Shown here: positions 17,930 through 27,664 of the stretch, one piece after another
Numbering within the stretch: position 1 is the stretch's first letter
Layout of the letters: each line of letters opens with the position of its first letter
Assembly (NCBI GenBank): GCA_965234725.1
Contig: CBDDUX010000026.1
Span: 1-64,000 of the forward strand
Source of the DNA: Thermoplasmatota archaeon
GTDB taxonomy: Archaea; Thermoplasmatota; Penumbrarchaeia; Penumbrarchaeales; Penumbrarchaeaceae
Length of the DNA: 64,000 bases
Direction of reading: 5' to 3'
The notes under the pieces: model-generated
Told to the model about the DNA's origin: nothing
Database searches by the model: none
What the model saw: the letters and a program-made list of their open reading frames with translations, nothing else
Made by a program: the position numbers and the translations under genes

Positions 17930-18826
17930 ATGGACATACCGGATATCATTGTGGTCGAGGAATTGCTTCCTGAGGTCAGGAGGAGTATAGCCAGGTCCCT
18001 TCATGGATTGGAATGGCCTCAGGCAAGGACAGCATCTGTCCTGGGAACCTCACAGGCGATGGTAAGCAGATACCTTAATGAGGAAGGCAGCTGCCCCAGG
18101 TCCCTTGAACGATTAAGGGATGTGGTATCAAGGGATCTTCTGGCATCGATCCTCAATGGTGGTGACAGGGAGATAATTTCAGCCAGGTTCTGTTCCATTA
18201 TCAGGTCCTGTATTTCCGATGGCATGATGTCCGATCGTTTTCGGGAGAGGTTCGGACATGATCCACCCGAGCAATGTCTTGGTAACTTCTCCGGAGGTGG
18301 ACCAAGGGCAATGGTGCTGGAAGACCTCGCCTCATCTCTTTCACTCATCAAGGGAAAGGACCTTGGACCTCTCGTTCCGGCGATAAAGGTCAATATTGCA
18401 CAGGCTGTGGAAGAGGCGATCTCAAAGGATGATGTGGCCTCATTTCCGGGAAGGTTGATGGACCGCTCCGGAACGATCACAGGGGCGCTTCCTCCGGAGT
18501 TCGGTGCATCGAACCATCTGGCCCAGATCCTTCTATGGGCGATGGAGGGACATCGAGAGATCAGAGCTGCGACGAACCTGGCACATACCCACGGGATTTC
18601 TCATATCCTTGAAGGAAGTGGAGGACTCTTTGTTCTGGATAGGAGCAAGGAGGATATATCAGAGGTTCTCACGGACCCCTCAAGGGGAGAGTTGAGATAC
18701 CTGTTGGATCCGGGAGATTTCGGGGTTGAACCTTGTTTGTACATATTCGGTCGTAACTCCCAGGATTTGGTCCTGGAGGTCCTTGAGATCATGGGTCGGA
18801 TGGATACTTTAAATGAGGTGGAATAG
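17930..18826 (+). CDS. thiR: ThiR-type regulator (N-terminal HTH + ThiN thiamine-phosphate-synthase-like domain)
   Basis: HTH Q...A..LGTSQAMVSRYL; ThiN-like motifs DVASFPGR, PEFGASNHLA and DPGDFGVEP..YIFG; first gene of the thiamine ABC operon. Confidence 0.85.
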   Translation: MDIPDIIVVEELLPEVRRSIARSLHGLEWPQARTASVLGTSQAMVSRYLNEEGSCPRSLERLRDVVSRDLLASILNGGDREIISARFCSIIRSCISDGMMSDRFRERFGHDPPEQCLGNFSGGGPRAMVLEDLASSLSLIKGKDLGPLVPAIKVNIAQAVEEAISKDDVASFPGRLMDRSGTITGALPPEFGASNHLAQILLWAMEGHREIRAATNLAHTHGISHILEGSGGLFVLDRSKEDISEVLTDPSRGELRYLLDPGDFGVEPCLYIFGRNSQDLVLEVLEIMGRMDTLNEVE

Positions 18827-18827
18827 A

Positions 18828-19904
18828 ATGAAAGATGATGATGGATCAACTGTCAGGACAGCTGTATCGATCTCCATAACCGTCCTGATATTATTTGCGC
18901 TGGTCATCAGTGCTGTGGTATATCTGGAATCAAGGGACAGAGAAGATGGGCATGCGGACCTGGTCATATATTCATATGATTCATTCCAGTCCTGGGGTCT
19001 ATCGGGTGCTGTCATACCGTTGTTCGAGGAGAAATACGGTCTTAACGTTACTCTTCATACAATGGGCGATACCGGCAATGTACTTGCAAGGCTCGTCCTC
19101 GAGAAGGACCGTCACCTGGCAGACCTTGTCATCGGCATTGACAATTCCATGTTCCACCGGGCTTTGGATGAAGACCTACTTCAGACATATGTTCCTACCG
19201 GGATCTCAGATGTGGCCAGTGATCTTGTCTTCGACCCTGATGGTTATCTGACTCCTTACGATTATGGTTATCTGGCGATCATCTGTAATGGCGAGATGAT
19301 GGATGAGAGAGGTCTTCCCTACCCTGATTCACTTCTTGACCTGGCAGACCCTGTTTACAAGGATTCCATAATGTTCACAGACCCCGTCACATCATCAACT
19401 GGTTCATCGTTCCTTGTCTGGGCAAGCTCAGTTTCCGGTGAAGATCGAAGCGCATTTTTTAAAAGCCTTTCAAGAAACTCCTTCAATGTGTACGCGACCT
19501 GGGATGCAATGTATTCGGCTTTCCATGCAGGTGAAGCACCTTTGGCGATCTCTTACGGGTTGGATACGGCCTCGGAGATGATGTACGCGGAGGATCCTGA
19601 TTCCGTGACAACAGTTACGATAGTACCCGAGAACGAGGGTTACAGGCAGATAGAGGGGGCAGGGATCGTCAAGGGGTCCGGAAATCGTGAGGCAGCCGAG
19701 CTGTTTCTGGAATTCATGCTTTCAGATGATTTTCAATCAAGGGTTGGGAAGAACATCATGCTTCCAGTTGTCGAGGGAACCACTGTGGACAGTTTATTCC
19801 TTGAACACGGTTCCTTTGCCAATTCCCATGTTGAACCTGATCAGATCGAGATCATCGAGAACTGGGATGGGTGGCTTTCAGACTGGGAGGATGAATTCAA
19901 CTGA
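18828..19904 (+). CDS. thiB: Thiamine ABC transporter substrate-binding protein
   Basis: LVIYSYDSF..WG, ADLVIGIDN, PYDYGYLA, DP.TSSTG, W..MY..F..GEAP..ISY and QIEGAG. ATG 18828 follows SD GAGGTG. Confidence 0.9.
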   Translation: MKDDDGSTVRTAVSISITVLILFALVISAVVYLESRDREDGHADLVIYSYDSFQSWGLSGAVIPLFEEKYGLNVTLHTMGDTGNVLARLVLEKDRHLADLVIGIDNSMFHRALDEDLLQTYVPTGISDVASDLVFDPDGYLTPYDYGYLAIICNGEMMDERGLPYPDSLLDLADPVYKDSIMFTDPVTSSTGSSFLVWASSVSGEDRSAFFKSLSRNSFNVYATWDAMYSAFHAGEAPLAISYGLDTASEMMYAEDPDSVTTVTIVPENEGYRQIEGAGIVKGSGNREAAELFLEFMLSDDFQSRVGKNIMLPVVEGTTVDSLFLEHGSFANSHVEPDQIEIIENWDGWLSDWEDEFN

Positions 19905-19910
19905 ACGGGG

Positions 19911-21617
19911 TTGTATCATTTGAATACTAGGTCCATTCTGTCCTACACCGCATATCTACTACCTCTTGCAGCCGTGACTTGTTTCGTTCTTGTTCCCCTT
20001 TTCTCCTTGATCCTGGAGGGATTCAGGTCGTCCGATGGATCGATCACATCCACAGAGTTTTGGGATGTTCTTGATGATGGGAGGTCCATCAGGATCATGA
20101 TCTTCACAATGGAACAGGCATTGATATCGACGGCAGCCACCATCATTCTGGCTGTCCCGGGAGCATATCTACTGAACAGATACAAGTTTCCGGGGAGATC
20201 GGCCCTTCTCTCCCTGACCACTGTTCCATTCATATTGCCACCTCTGGTCCTGGCCATTGGTTTCTTTACGCTTTTTGGGACATCTGGCCATATAAATTCA
20301 TTCATCTCAGAGATCGAGGTCCTGTCCGGACTTGAACTTCCTGCTGTGAATGTCCTGTATTCCATAAAAGGGATCGTGCTGGCCCATGTGTTCCTCAATT
20401 TTCCAGTTGCCCTCAGATTGATCTATTCAAGGTTCGAACATCTTGACCCGGACCTTGAAAAGGCCTCCAGGTCACTTGGATCGGGACCTCTGAAGACATT
20501 TTTCAGGGTAATGCTCCCCCAAATGAGGTACACATTGATAGCTTCGATATCTCTGGTCTTTACCTTCTGCTTTCTCTCCTTCGGTGTCATACTGGTAATT
20601 GGGGGAGGTGCCAACCAGACGATGGAGACCGAGATCTACAGGCAGTTCAGTGGTATGCTTGATTTTTCAAGGGCAGGAATATTCCTCCTGATAGAGACCT
20701 TTGTCGTTGCATTTTCCACGGGGGTCTATGTGTGGGCCTCCGGAAGATCCGAGGTCGATCTGGGATACGGTCCCTCCATGGAAGGATCCCAAAACCGGTA
20801 CGGTCGAATAGGAAAAGCAGGTTTCGTCATTACCCTAATCTACAGTATCATTGTGGTTACGATCATCATTGGCCCGTTGCTATCGGTTGTATGGGAATCC
20901 TTGATCTTGGATGGTTCCTTTTCGTTCCATTACTTCGATCAGGTGATATCAAGGGAATTGGATCCATCAATGGGTATATCCCCGCTTGAAGCAGTGTTGA
21001 ATTCTCTCATATTCGCCTTTCTTTCCTCCATAATATCTGTCCCTGTTTCAATAGGAGTAGGTTACCTATTACATCGGAAGGGTGGAGCTGTAAAGCTCCC
21101 AATGGATGTGCTCCTGTTGTTGCCAATAGGGATCTCGACAATAGGACTTGGCTACGGTATGATCAGTGCTTATTCGGGAACATCCTGGGATCCAACTGGA
21201 ACCTGGTATGTCATAGTGATAGTCCACGTGATGCTATCATATCCGTTCGGTGCCAGGGCGATACATTCCGGTCTATCGTCAATTCCGGAAAACCTTGGAA
21301 AGGCCTCCAGGTCCCTTGGGGCAGGACCTATCAGGACATTCCTTTCGGTGGAACTGCCCCTGCTTTCTCCTTCGATCCTTGTTGCGGCCCTGTTCTCTTT
21401 CGCGATATCGATCGGTGAGTTTGGAGCTACCTTGATGGTCTCTGCATCCACAAAGTATCTTACCATGCCAGTGGCCCTTTATCGATTTCTTGGAAGCGGA
21501 AGACAGTACGGTGCGGCAACGGCCTATGCTTCGATAATGATCCTCATAACCTTCCTCTGTTTCTTCATTATGGACCTTGCGGGAAGGAAGGTCCAGAAAA
21601 GGAGTGATGTCGGATGA
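19911..21617 (+). CDS. thiP: Thiamine ABC transporter permease (two EAA-type loops)
   Basis: FT..QA..ST, LAHVFLNFP, EKASRSLGS and KASRSLGA; many TM helices. Confidence 0.9.
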   Translation: MYHLNTRSILSYTAYLLPLAAVTCFVLVPLFSLILEGFRSSDGSITSTEFWDVLDDGRSIRIMIFTMEQALISTAATIILAVPGAYLLNRYKFPGRSALLSLTTVPFILPPLVLAIGFFTLFGTSGHINSFISEIEVLSGLELPAVNVLYSIKGIVLAHVFLNFPVALRLIYSRFEHLDPDLEKASRSLGSGPLKTFFRVMLPQMRYTLIASISLVFTFCFLSFGVILVIGGGANQTMETEIYRQFSGMLDFSRAGIFLLIETFVVAFSTGVYVWASGRSEVDLGYGPSMEGSQNRYGRIGKAGFVITLIYSIIVVTIIIGPLLSVVWESLILDGSFSFHYFDQVISRELDPSMGISPLEAVLNSLIFAFLSSIISVPVSIGVGYLLHRKGGAVKLPMDVLLLLPIGISTIGLGYGMISAYSGTSWDPTGTWYVIVIVHVMLSYPFGARAIHSGLSSIPENLGKASRSLGAGPIRTFLSVELPLLSPSILVAALFSFAISIGEFGATLMVSASTKYLTMPVALYRFLGSGRQYGAATAYASIMILITFLCFFIMDLAGRKVQKRSDVG

Positions 21618-22609
21618 TGCTGGAGATCGCCGGATTGGATTTCTCCTATCGAAAGGGGATGGATATACTCAAAGGTCTGGACCTGAAGGTGGGGGAAGGA
21701 GAGATATTTTCCCTTCTGGGAGGGTCCGGAACCGGGAAAACGACCATCCTGAACCTTATCGCCGGATTCGAGAGGCCCGATAGAGGATCGATCATGATAG
21801 ACGGTGAGGATGTCATCGATGTTCCCCCGGAAAGAAGGAGAGTGGGAATGGTATTCCAGGACCATGCTCTTTTTCCGCACCTTGATGTCAGGAGGAATAT
21901 CTTATACGGAGCAAAGAGGACCGATAGGGAGAAGCTTCTTTCTGAATTGGTCCGACTGGTCGGCCTTGAAGGAAAAGAGAGAAGGATGCCTTTCTCTCTT
22001 TCAGGAGGAGAGCGGCAGAGGGTGGCTCTGGCACGAACTCTGGCCTACTTTCCAAAGTTGGTTCTTCTCGATGAGCCGCTTTCTTCATTGGACCCATCAC
22101 TTCGTGTATCCCTCAGGAAAGAATTGAGGACGATCCTCAAGGAAAGGGGTGTAACTTCGATACATGTCACACATGATCAGACTGATGCCATGGCGATATC
22201 GGATAGGATCGGGATATTGGACAGAGGAAATGTCGAAGAAGAGGGAACTCCCCGGAAATTGTATGACAGACCGGTGAACTCATCGACAGCGAGGTTCATG
22301 GGAATAGAGAATATTTTTTCGGTAAAGTATGATGGTGGATCCCTTGTAACTCCCTTCGGAAGGATCCCATGGAAGGGAAAGGTCCCTGAACTGATGGGGG
22401 TCAGGTCTGAAAGACTGAAGGCCTCAGGACCTGGACATGTTTTCAAAGCAAAGGTCCTTTCAACCGAGTTCAGGGGAAGGGACCTTCATCTGGTCCTTGA
22501 TGTGGGAGGGGTGAGGATGGAGGCTCTGGTGGATCCTGTGAATATATCAATGGATCATATGGACCTCCGGGTCCATCCCGAAGACCTGATCCCCCTTGAG
22601 AACTTCTAA
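21614..22609 (+). CDS. thiQ: ABC transporter ATP-binding protein (thiamine uptake)
   Basis: GGSGTGKT, VFQDHALFPHL, LSGGERQR, LLDEP and HVTHDQ; 4-bp overlap with the permease gene. Confidence 0.88.
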   Translation: MMLEIAGLDFSYRKGMDILKGLDLKVGEGEIFSLLGGSGTGKTTILNLIAGFERPDRGSIMIDGEDVIDVPPERRRVGMVFQDHALFPHLDVRRNILYGAKRTDREKLLSELVRLVGLEGKERRMPFSLSGGERQRVALARTLAYFPKLVLLDEPLSSLDPSLRVSLRKELRTILKERGVTSIHVTHDQTDAMAISDRIGILDRGNVEEEGTPRKLYDRPVNSSTARFMGIENIFSVKYDGGSLVTPFGRIPWKGKVPELMGVRSERLKASGPGHVFKAKVLSTEFRGRDLHLVLDVGGVRMEALVDPVNISMDHMDLRVHPEDLIPLENF

Positions 22610-22618
22610 TACGATTCA

Positions 22619-23251
22619 CTATCTCTTGAAATAGACCTGAATCGTTTTTTTCTGTGCAGCCCTCAATGTATACGAGATATAGGCTGTTGAAACACTCAGT
22701 TTCCTTGCAAGTTCCCTTACCCCTGCTCTTTTTGGAAAATCATAATAGCCGGATTCCAGAGCGGTCCTTAAGACCAGCTCCTGGTCTTTGGTCAAAGAGG
22801 CATGGTCCTTGTAGTCAGATATCCTGACGACCCTTGTCCCCATCCCTGCTTCCTCAAGGCGTGTTATCAGATTGTCCAGAGCCTCCCTATTGTCATGGAC
22901 CACACTCCATTCCGCCCAACCATCATCCCGGATCTTGGCCGAGAGGAGGAATGCTTCCGCCTGGGCCAGGGCTCTGCACCCCAGACAGGATGAGGTGCCA
23001 ACTATCATCTTGACCTTGGTCCCCTCGTTCCTGGATATGGAGACGAAATCAATGTCATTCATATTCTTCATGGAAGATTCGATATCTCCCGGGTCCACCC
23101 CGTTCAGTTCAATGTCGACAAGGTCCTGGACACCTTCATTTTTATTCTCCAGAGGTATGGTATCAAGAAGGGTAACCCCGATTGGGAATATATCCTTCAA
23201 TCTGCTTATCCAGCATTTGGTCAGGTCCACGTGGAGAATCATCTCGTACAA
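22619..23251 (-). CDS. Bacterio-opsin-activator-type (HTH_10) DNA-binding protein
   Basis: C-terminal LT..Q..VL..A...GYYDFPKR....ELA..L.VS......LR.A.KK. Confidence 0.88.
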   Translation of the reverse strand: MYEMILHVDLTKCWISRLKDIFPIGVTLLDTIPLENKNEGVQDLVDIELNGVDPGDIESSMKNMNDIDFVSISRNEGTKVKMIVGTSSCLGCRALAQAEAFLLSAKIRDDGWAEWSVVHDNREALDNLITRLEEAGMGTRVVRISDYKDHASLTKDQELVLRTALESGYYDFPKRAGVRELARKLSVSTAYISYTLRAAQKKTIQVYFKR

Positions 23252-23367
23252 GGGTCACACCATTTTAGATTGGGGGAATGGCATCATTCCTTTATCCGAT
23301 TTTTGTCCTTTTTCCGATAATTGAAAAGGAACTTCCAGGACCAAGGTTCGAATCTCTTACGTCGATT

Positions 23368-23427
23368 ACAATCTGATAAACTGATCCCGATTATAAGATG
23401 AATAGAAGAAAAGTGCTCCCATCGGGA
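23368..23427. repeat. Copy 1 of a perfect 60-bp direct repeat containing the last 14 nt of tRNA-Glu and its trailer
   Basis: ACAATCTGATAAACTGATCCCGATTATAAGATGAATAGAAGAAAAGTGCTCCCATCGGGA is identical to 23629-23688; imperfect similarity extends back to 23341 and 23601. Confidence 0.95.
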
Positions 23428-23628
23428 GGGGGAGCAGGTTGGATCAGATACGCATCTTCAACACCTGCGACCCCTAAGATGAAAAACGGTTGAGACCTAC
23501 CACCATCATTTTTCATCGGAATTCGATTCCGCAAAATTTTCAATTTTGCTCAGGTTGAGTGTCGTCTATCGTCAATTCTGAAATCACGATGCTCAACCAC
23601 CCAAGGGTTCGAATCCCTATCGTTGATC

Positions 23629-23688
23629 ACAATCTGATAAACTGATCCCGATTATAAGATGAATAGAAGAAAAGTGCTCCCATCGGGA
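23629..23688. repeat. Copy 2 of the 60-bp direct repeat (overlaps the tRNA-Glu 3' end)
   Basis: Identical to 23368-23427, offset 261 bp. Confidence 0.95.
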
Positions 23689-23749
23689 TTCGAACCCGAG
23701 TCACCGGCTCGAAAGGCCGGAATGATTGGCCGGTCTACACTATGGGAGC
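23675..23749 (-). tRNA. tRNA-Glu (TTC)
   Basis: Reverse complement GCTCCCATAGTGTAGACCGGCCAATCATTCCGGCCTTTCGAGCCGGTGACTCGGGTTCGAATCCCGATGGGAGCA; anticodon arm CCGGC-CTTTCGA-GCCGG; CCA not encoded. Confidence 0.95.
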
Positions 23750-23912
23750 ATTGGTCACTCGTGGGGAGAAAACAACGTCATATTTAAGATTGCACCTTGG
23801 ATGATCCCCGATATTCTCAAACGAAAAGAATAAGGATTGACCTCTTAAATAAAACAATTTTGATATAATCAACAATCCTCATACACTCCCAGAAGATCGA
23901 AGGTTGACCTCA

Positions 23913-25130
23913 ATGAATGGTATAGGTAAAGGATTAGGAGCCCTCATCAGAACGGAGGGAATGAGTTCCGTGTCCATGTATAGAATGAAGAAGGAACTTA
24001 AGGAGAAGGAAAAAGAGCTCAAGGACCTGATCGCCCTGATAATGATACAGAAGAAAGAAGTGGAGGACCTGAGGACGGATCTGACCATCGAGCTGATGCT
24101 GGAGGGAAAGGTGGAGAGGACCCGTCTCTTCCAGATGCAGGAGGACCTCAAGTTCTGTTTTGATGAGAAGGAACGCCTCGAGATAGAGATCGAGAGATTA
24201 ATGGAAGACATGGGTGGGGACAGGTCCTCATACACCTCAGGGGAAGAGGGAGATCTATCTGGAACTAACGATCTTACGATCAAACCCTCTGAAGAGATCG
24301 ATATGAGGATGGTCAAGGACATGATGTTCGATAATGATAACATTCTTGACAATTTCAAAGAAGTGGTGGAGACAACATCCGAACCCGATGATGATCATGT
24401 TAGTGACATGATCAGGGAGCTTGATCAATCCCGGCAGGCGGACATCATAAGAAAGGAAGCTTATGGGAATACATCCATAAAATGGACCCATCAAATTATC
24501 GAAGATGAATATGAAGATAACCCCCCCCCATCTTCAATATCAGGTAAGGGAAAAGATACCCTCCAGGCTCGACCTTTGATAAGGAGGAAGATTGTTCGGG
24601 GTGGACCCAAGGTAACCCGATCTGGCAATCGAGGTGACATTGGAAGGAAGGATGACAATCTTTATCGTTATATTGAGGAAGCCCAAAAACACCTTTCCAA
24701 TAGGGATACTGATTCCGCGAAAGCGTTACTATATAATGCCCTCAGGGAGTTTCCGCTCGATGATGAGCTCCTTTACCATCTTGGGAATGCCTTCTTCCTC
24801 GAGGGGGACCTGGAACAAGCTGAGGTGAGGTTCAGGAAATCCGCAGAATCCAATCCAAAGTCATTCAGAGCTTTCAACAATCTTGGTGTGGTCCTGAGGA
24901 AGAAAGGAGAAAGGGATTTGGCGATTCAGGCTTTCAATATGGCCCTGGAGCAGAACGAGGAATACGTACGTGCATGGCTCAATCTTGGAACGATATTCAT
25001 GGAGATCGATCCTCCGATGCTCAACGAGGCACGAATATTCCTTCGCAGGGCACTGGAGTGTGATCCCGATCTTGACCAGGCCAAGGAGAAGCTTGAGGAA
25101 TGCGAACGACTCCTCAGCACCAACACATGA
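23913..25130 (+). CDS. Coiled-coil + disordered linker + C-terminal TPR repeat protein
   Basis: Heptad-rich N-terminus; TPRs LLYHLGNAFF..G..EQA, AFNNLGVVL..KG...LA and AWLNLGTIF. ATG 23913 is the likely start (track: TTG 23904). Confidence 0.85.
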   Translation: MNGIGKGLGALIRTEGMSSVSMYRMKKELKEKEKELKDLIALIMIQKKEVEDLRTDLTIELMLEGKVERTRLFQMQEDLKFCFDEKERLEIEIERLMEDMGGDRSSYTSGEEGDLSGTNDLTIKPSEEIDMRMVKDMMFDNDNILDNFKEVVETTSEPDDDHVSDMIRELDQSRQADIIRKEAYGNTSIKWTHQIIEDEYEDNPPPSSISGKGKDTLQARPLIRRKIVRGGPKVTRSGNRGDIGRKDDNLYRYIEEAQKHLSNRDTDSAKALLYNALREFPLDDELLYHLGNAFFLEGDLEQAEVRFRKSAESNPKSFRAFNNLGVVLRKKGERDLAIQAFNMALEQNEEYVRAWLNLGTIFMEIDPPMLNEARIFLRRALECDPDLDQAKEKLEECERLLSTNT

Positions 25131-25192
25131 GATGGCCCACCATCCAGCAATCTTATATATGCCGAGGGTTGATTTCCCGGAGGTGAGGTCGA

Positions 25193-27613
25193 ATGAACTT
25201 ATCTTTCCCCGGGTCAACATTGATTGCAATAATGGTAATGACGGTCTCACTTTCAATATGCATCATATCGGATGAAGGCTCAGCCCTGCCCCCAAACTAT
25301 CCTGTTTGGCTTTCAGGGGGCTATGCGGTGGAGCAGCCGAACTCAACAACATATGTAGATTACCTTCAACCCGGTTCCACAGAGAACTATCTTATCCATC
25401 TGATCAATGACAAGGAGGTCCAGGTCAGGTACAGGGTCACCATCACGGATGCACCGGATGACTGGCTCGTGTTCCTGGGTTCCACCGGGGATGAAGTGCT
25501 TGTGAACGTTGAAATGAAGTCCAGCAGGGCCGTGGACCTCAATATGAAAGCACCTACCGAGAAGGAAGGGACCATTGAAGTTTTGGTAAGGGAAGAAGGA
25601 ACTCAGAATACCTGGGGTCTTACTCTCGAAATAATCTGTCAGAGAGGTCCTTTGACCGTATCTGTACCATCGACCAACTATGCATTGGGAAGGGATACAC
25701 CTTCTGTTTTCGATATTGACCTGAAGAACTCAGGGAATACCGTATTGAACGTTACTCTATCCATGGAGGGAATGGCCACTTCCCAGAACAGGATAAAGGA
25801 TTCATGGACGGTTAGGTTCTCCCAGCGGGACCTAAGTGTTCCTCCGGGATCCGAGGTCCAGGTCACCGCAACCGTCTGGCCACCGGAGCTTGAACCCGTG
25901 GGATCGCAGAAGGTGGCAAGGATCTCTGCGGATGTGAACGGAATCACAAGACCATTCACATCCCTTTCTTTGACCTTCAAGGTCCAGACCATCTATGACC
26001 TGAAATCCAATGTGATCCCGGCAGGATACCAGCTGATCTCGCCTGGAAAGAGTGTGGAGTTCACCATAACATTGGAGAACTGGGCAATAGACTATGATAC
26101 CGTGACCCTGTCGGAGTATGAGAAGCCCTCCGGATGGGATATGCAGTTCAACGACTCAATGGACCCTACAACGATCCCGATCACCATTGATCCGGAAGGG
26201 GAACGGACGTTCCATCCCGTGATCTTCACACCGAACAATGCGGTTGCTGGAAGACATGAGGTCATACTGAGGGCAGAGGGGACATCCAACATCACCGAGA
26301 TCAGACTTAAGGTCCAGATAGCACGACGGGACTCATTCGAGATCTCCACATTGACGGAATCAGGTTCGGATAATATCTACAGGATGACCGTGGGGGAGAA
26401 TATCATTCCGGTGAAGGTGGTAAACAGAGGGAATTTCTTCGATACTATCAGGATGGAGATAGAGACCAGGCCAGATTGGGCTCCCCTCTCATTCTATTCC
26501 ATGACCATCGGGTCAGGCTCGAACGAGACCACGGTAATGGGGGGTCAGGGTGTCAATGTATCCAACCAGTTCAACAGGAAGTACCTGTTCTCGGAGGACC
26601 CTTTGACCGCTCTCGAGGTAACATTCGATCCCAGCCAGACGGCTACTGTCTATTTGAGAGCCAATATTCCCCTTGGTGCCACTGCAAGTTCAGGTGTTGT
26701 GACCCTGAAGTACAAATACGGCATCTTCCAGGAACAGAAGGTCCTCCAAGCTGCCATCAAGCTGATCCTTGCTGATATGGAGATCGTGGATATGGACGGG
26801 GACGGAGGTGCCGACCTTGATGTCGATCCTCAACCTGATTATAAGGTGGGAGACACCATCAATTTCATGTGGACGCTCAAGAACAATTATCCGTACGAGA
26901 CCTCAGGCCTCAAATGGTCAATAGAGCTTTCCGGAAAGGTCCTGATAGAAGGTGAGGTTCCACCGATCGGTCCCGGTCAATCGTTAGAGTTCAACGAATC
27001 ATGGAAGGCGGACAGGTCCACTAAATATTACAACGTGGCCAAGGTAAGGATCTCCGGAAGTGTCTATCCTTCAGATAGTGGCCCGACTGCGAACACAGAT
27101 GAGAAGATCTACATCGATAAAGGTCCCGGAGAACCCAGGATCGGCCTTATGATCCTCTTCGGAGGGATAATGGTCCTGATAATAACGGGATTCGTTCTCT
27201 TCTATCTCTGGGTGAGAAAGGACCTGGAGAAGAAAGAGGCTGTTGAAAGGCAGAAGTACGAATCCGTTTACGGAATTAAGCAGAGACCTTCACTTGGCGG
27301 AAGCACCGATGGTGAGAGCGGGAAGAAAAGGGCCATGTCGCTTGGAAGTGCTCCGAGACCGGGCTTGCCCTCATCCAGAGATGAGCCAGATGGAGCCGGT
27401 GAAATGGGAAAGGGGAAACCTTCGAAGGACGATCAGGATCGTTCTGAGAAGGGAATGATCGAGAACAAGAGAGAAAAGAGGAAAGCATCCTCCCTCGAAG
27501 GCCTAAGTTCCGAGAAGAAAGGACCCCGGACCGCTGCAGGTCCTGGAGAGGGTAGGTCAAAGAAGAAGATCACAGGAGAAAAGGACCTGGAGGAAATGGA
27601 AGTTCTGGAATAG
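25193..27613 (+). CDS. Membrane-anchored surface protein with NEW3/CARDB-like Ig repeats and a basic cytoplasmic tail
   Basis: Signal peptide; repeated N.GN..D...L......P.GW motifs; TM LMILFGGIMVLIITGFVLFYLWV; SD GAGGTGAGG. Confidence 0.85.
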   Translation: MNLSFPGSTLIAIMVMTVSLSICIISDEGSALPPNYPVWLSGGYAVEQPNSTTYVDYLQPGSTENYLIHLINDKEVQVRYRVTITDAPDDWLVFLGSTGDEVLVNVEMKSSRAVDLNMKAPTEKEGTIEVLVREEGTQNTWGLTLEIICQRGPLTVSVPSTNYALGRDTPSVFDIDLKNSGNTVLNVTLSMEGMATSQNRIKDSWTVRFSQRDLSVPPGSEVQVTATVWPPELEPVGSQKVARISADVNGITRPFTSLSLTFKVQTIYDLKSNVIPAGYQLISPGKSVEFTITLENWAIDYDTVTLSEYEKPSGWDMQFNDSMDPTTIPITIDPEGERTFHPVIFTPNNAVAGRHEVILRAEGTSNITEIRLKVQIARRDSFEISTLTESGSDNIYRMTVGENIIPVKVVNRGNFFDTIRMEIETRPDWAPLSFYSMTIGSGSNETTVMGGQGVNVSNQFNRKYLFSEDPLTALEVTFDPSQTATVYLRANIPLGATASSGVVTLKYKYGIFQEQKVLQAAIKLILADMEIVDMDGDGGADLDVDPQPDYKVGDTINFMWTLKNNYPYETSGLKWSIELSGKVLIEGEVPPIGPGQSLEFNESWKADRSTKYYNVAKVRISGSVYPSDSGPTANTDEKIYIDKGPGEPRIGLMILFGGIMVLIITGFVLFYLWVRKDLEKKEAVERQKYESVYGIKQRPSLGGSTDGESGKKRAMSLGSAPRPGLPSSRDEPDGAGEMGKGKPSKDDQDRSEKGMIENKREKRKASSLEGLSSEKKGPRTAAGPGEGRSKKKITGEKDLEEMEVLE

Positions 27614-27664
27614 GGATGGATCTATACATAATGCCTAAATAATTCCCCTCCTCTCACCGGCCGG

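Noticed and set aside
23604-23618. GGGTTCGAATCCC T-arm suggesting an extra tRNA or tmRNA on the + strand
   Set aside because: I cannot build an acceptor stem, D-arm or anticodon arm around it, and there is no CCA end.
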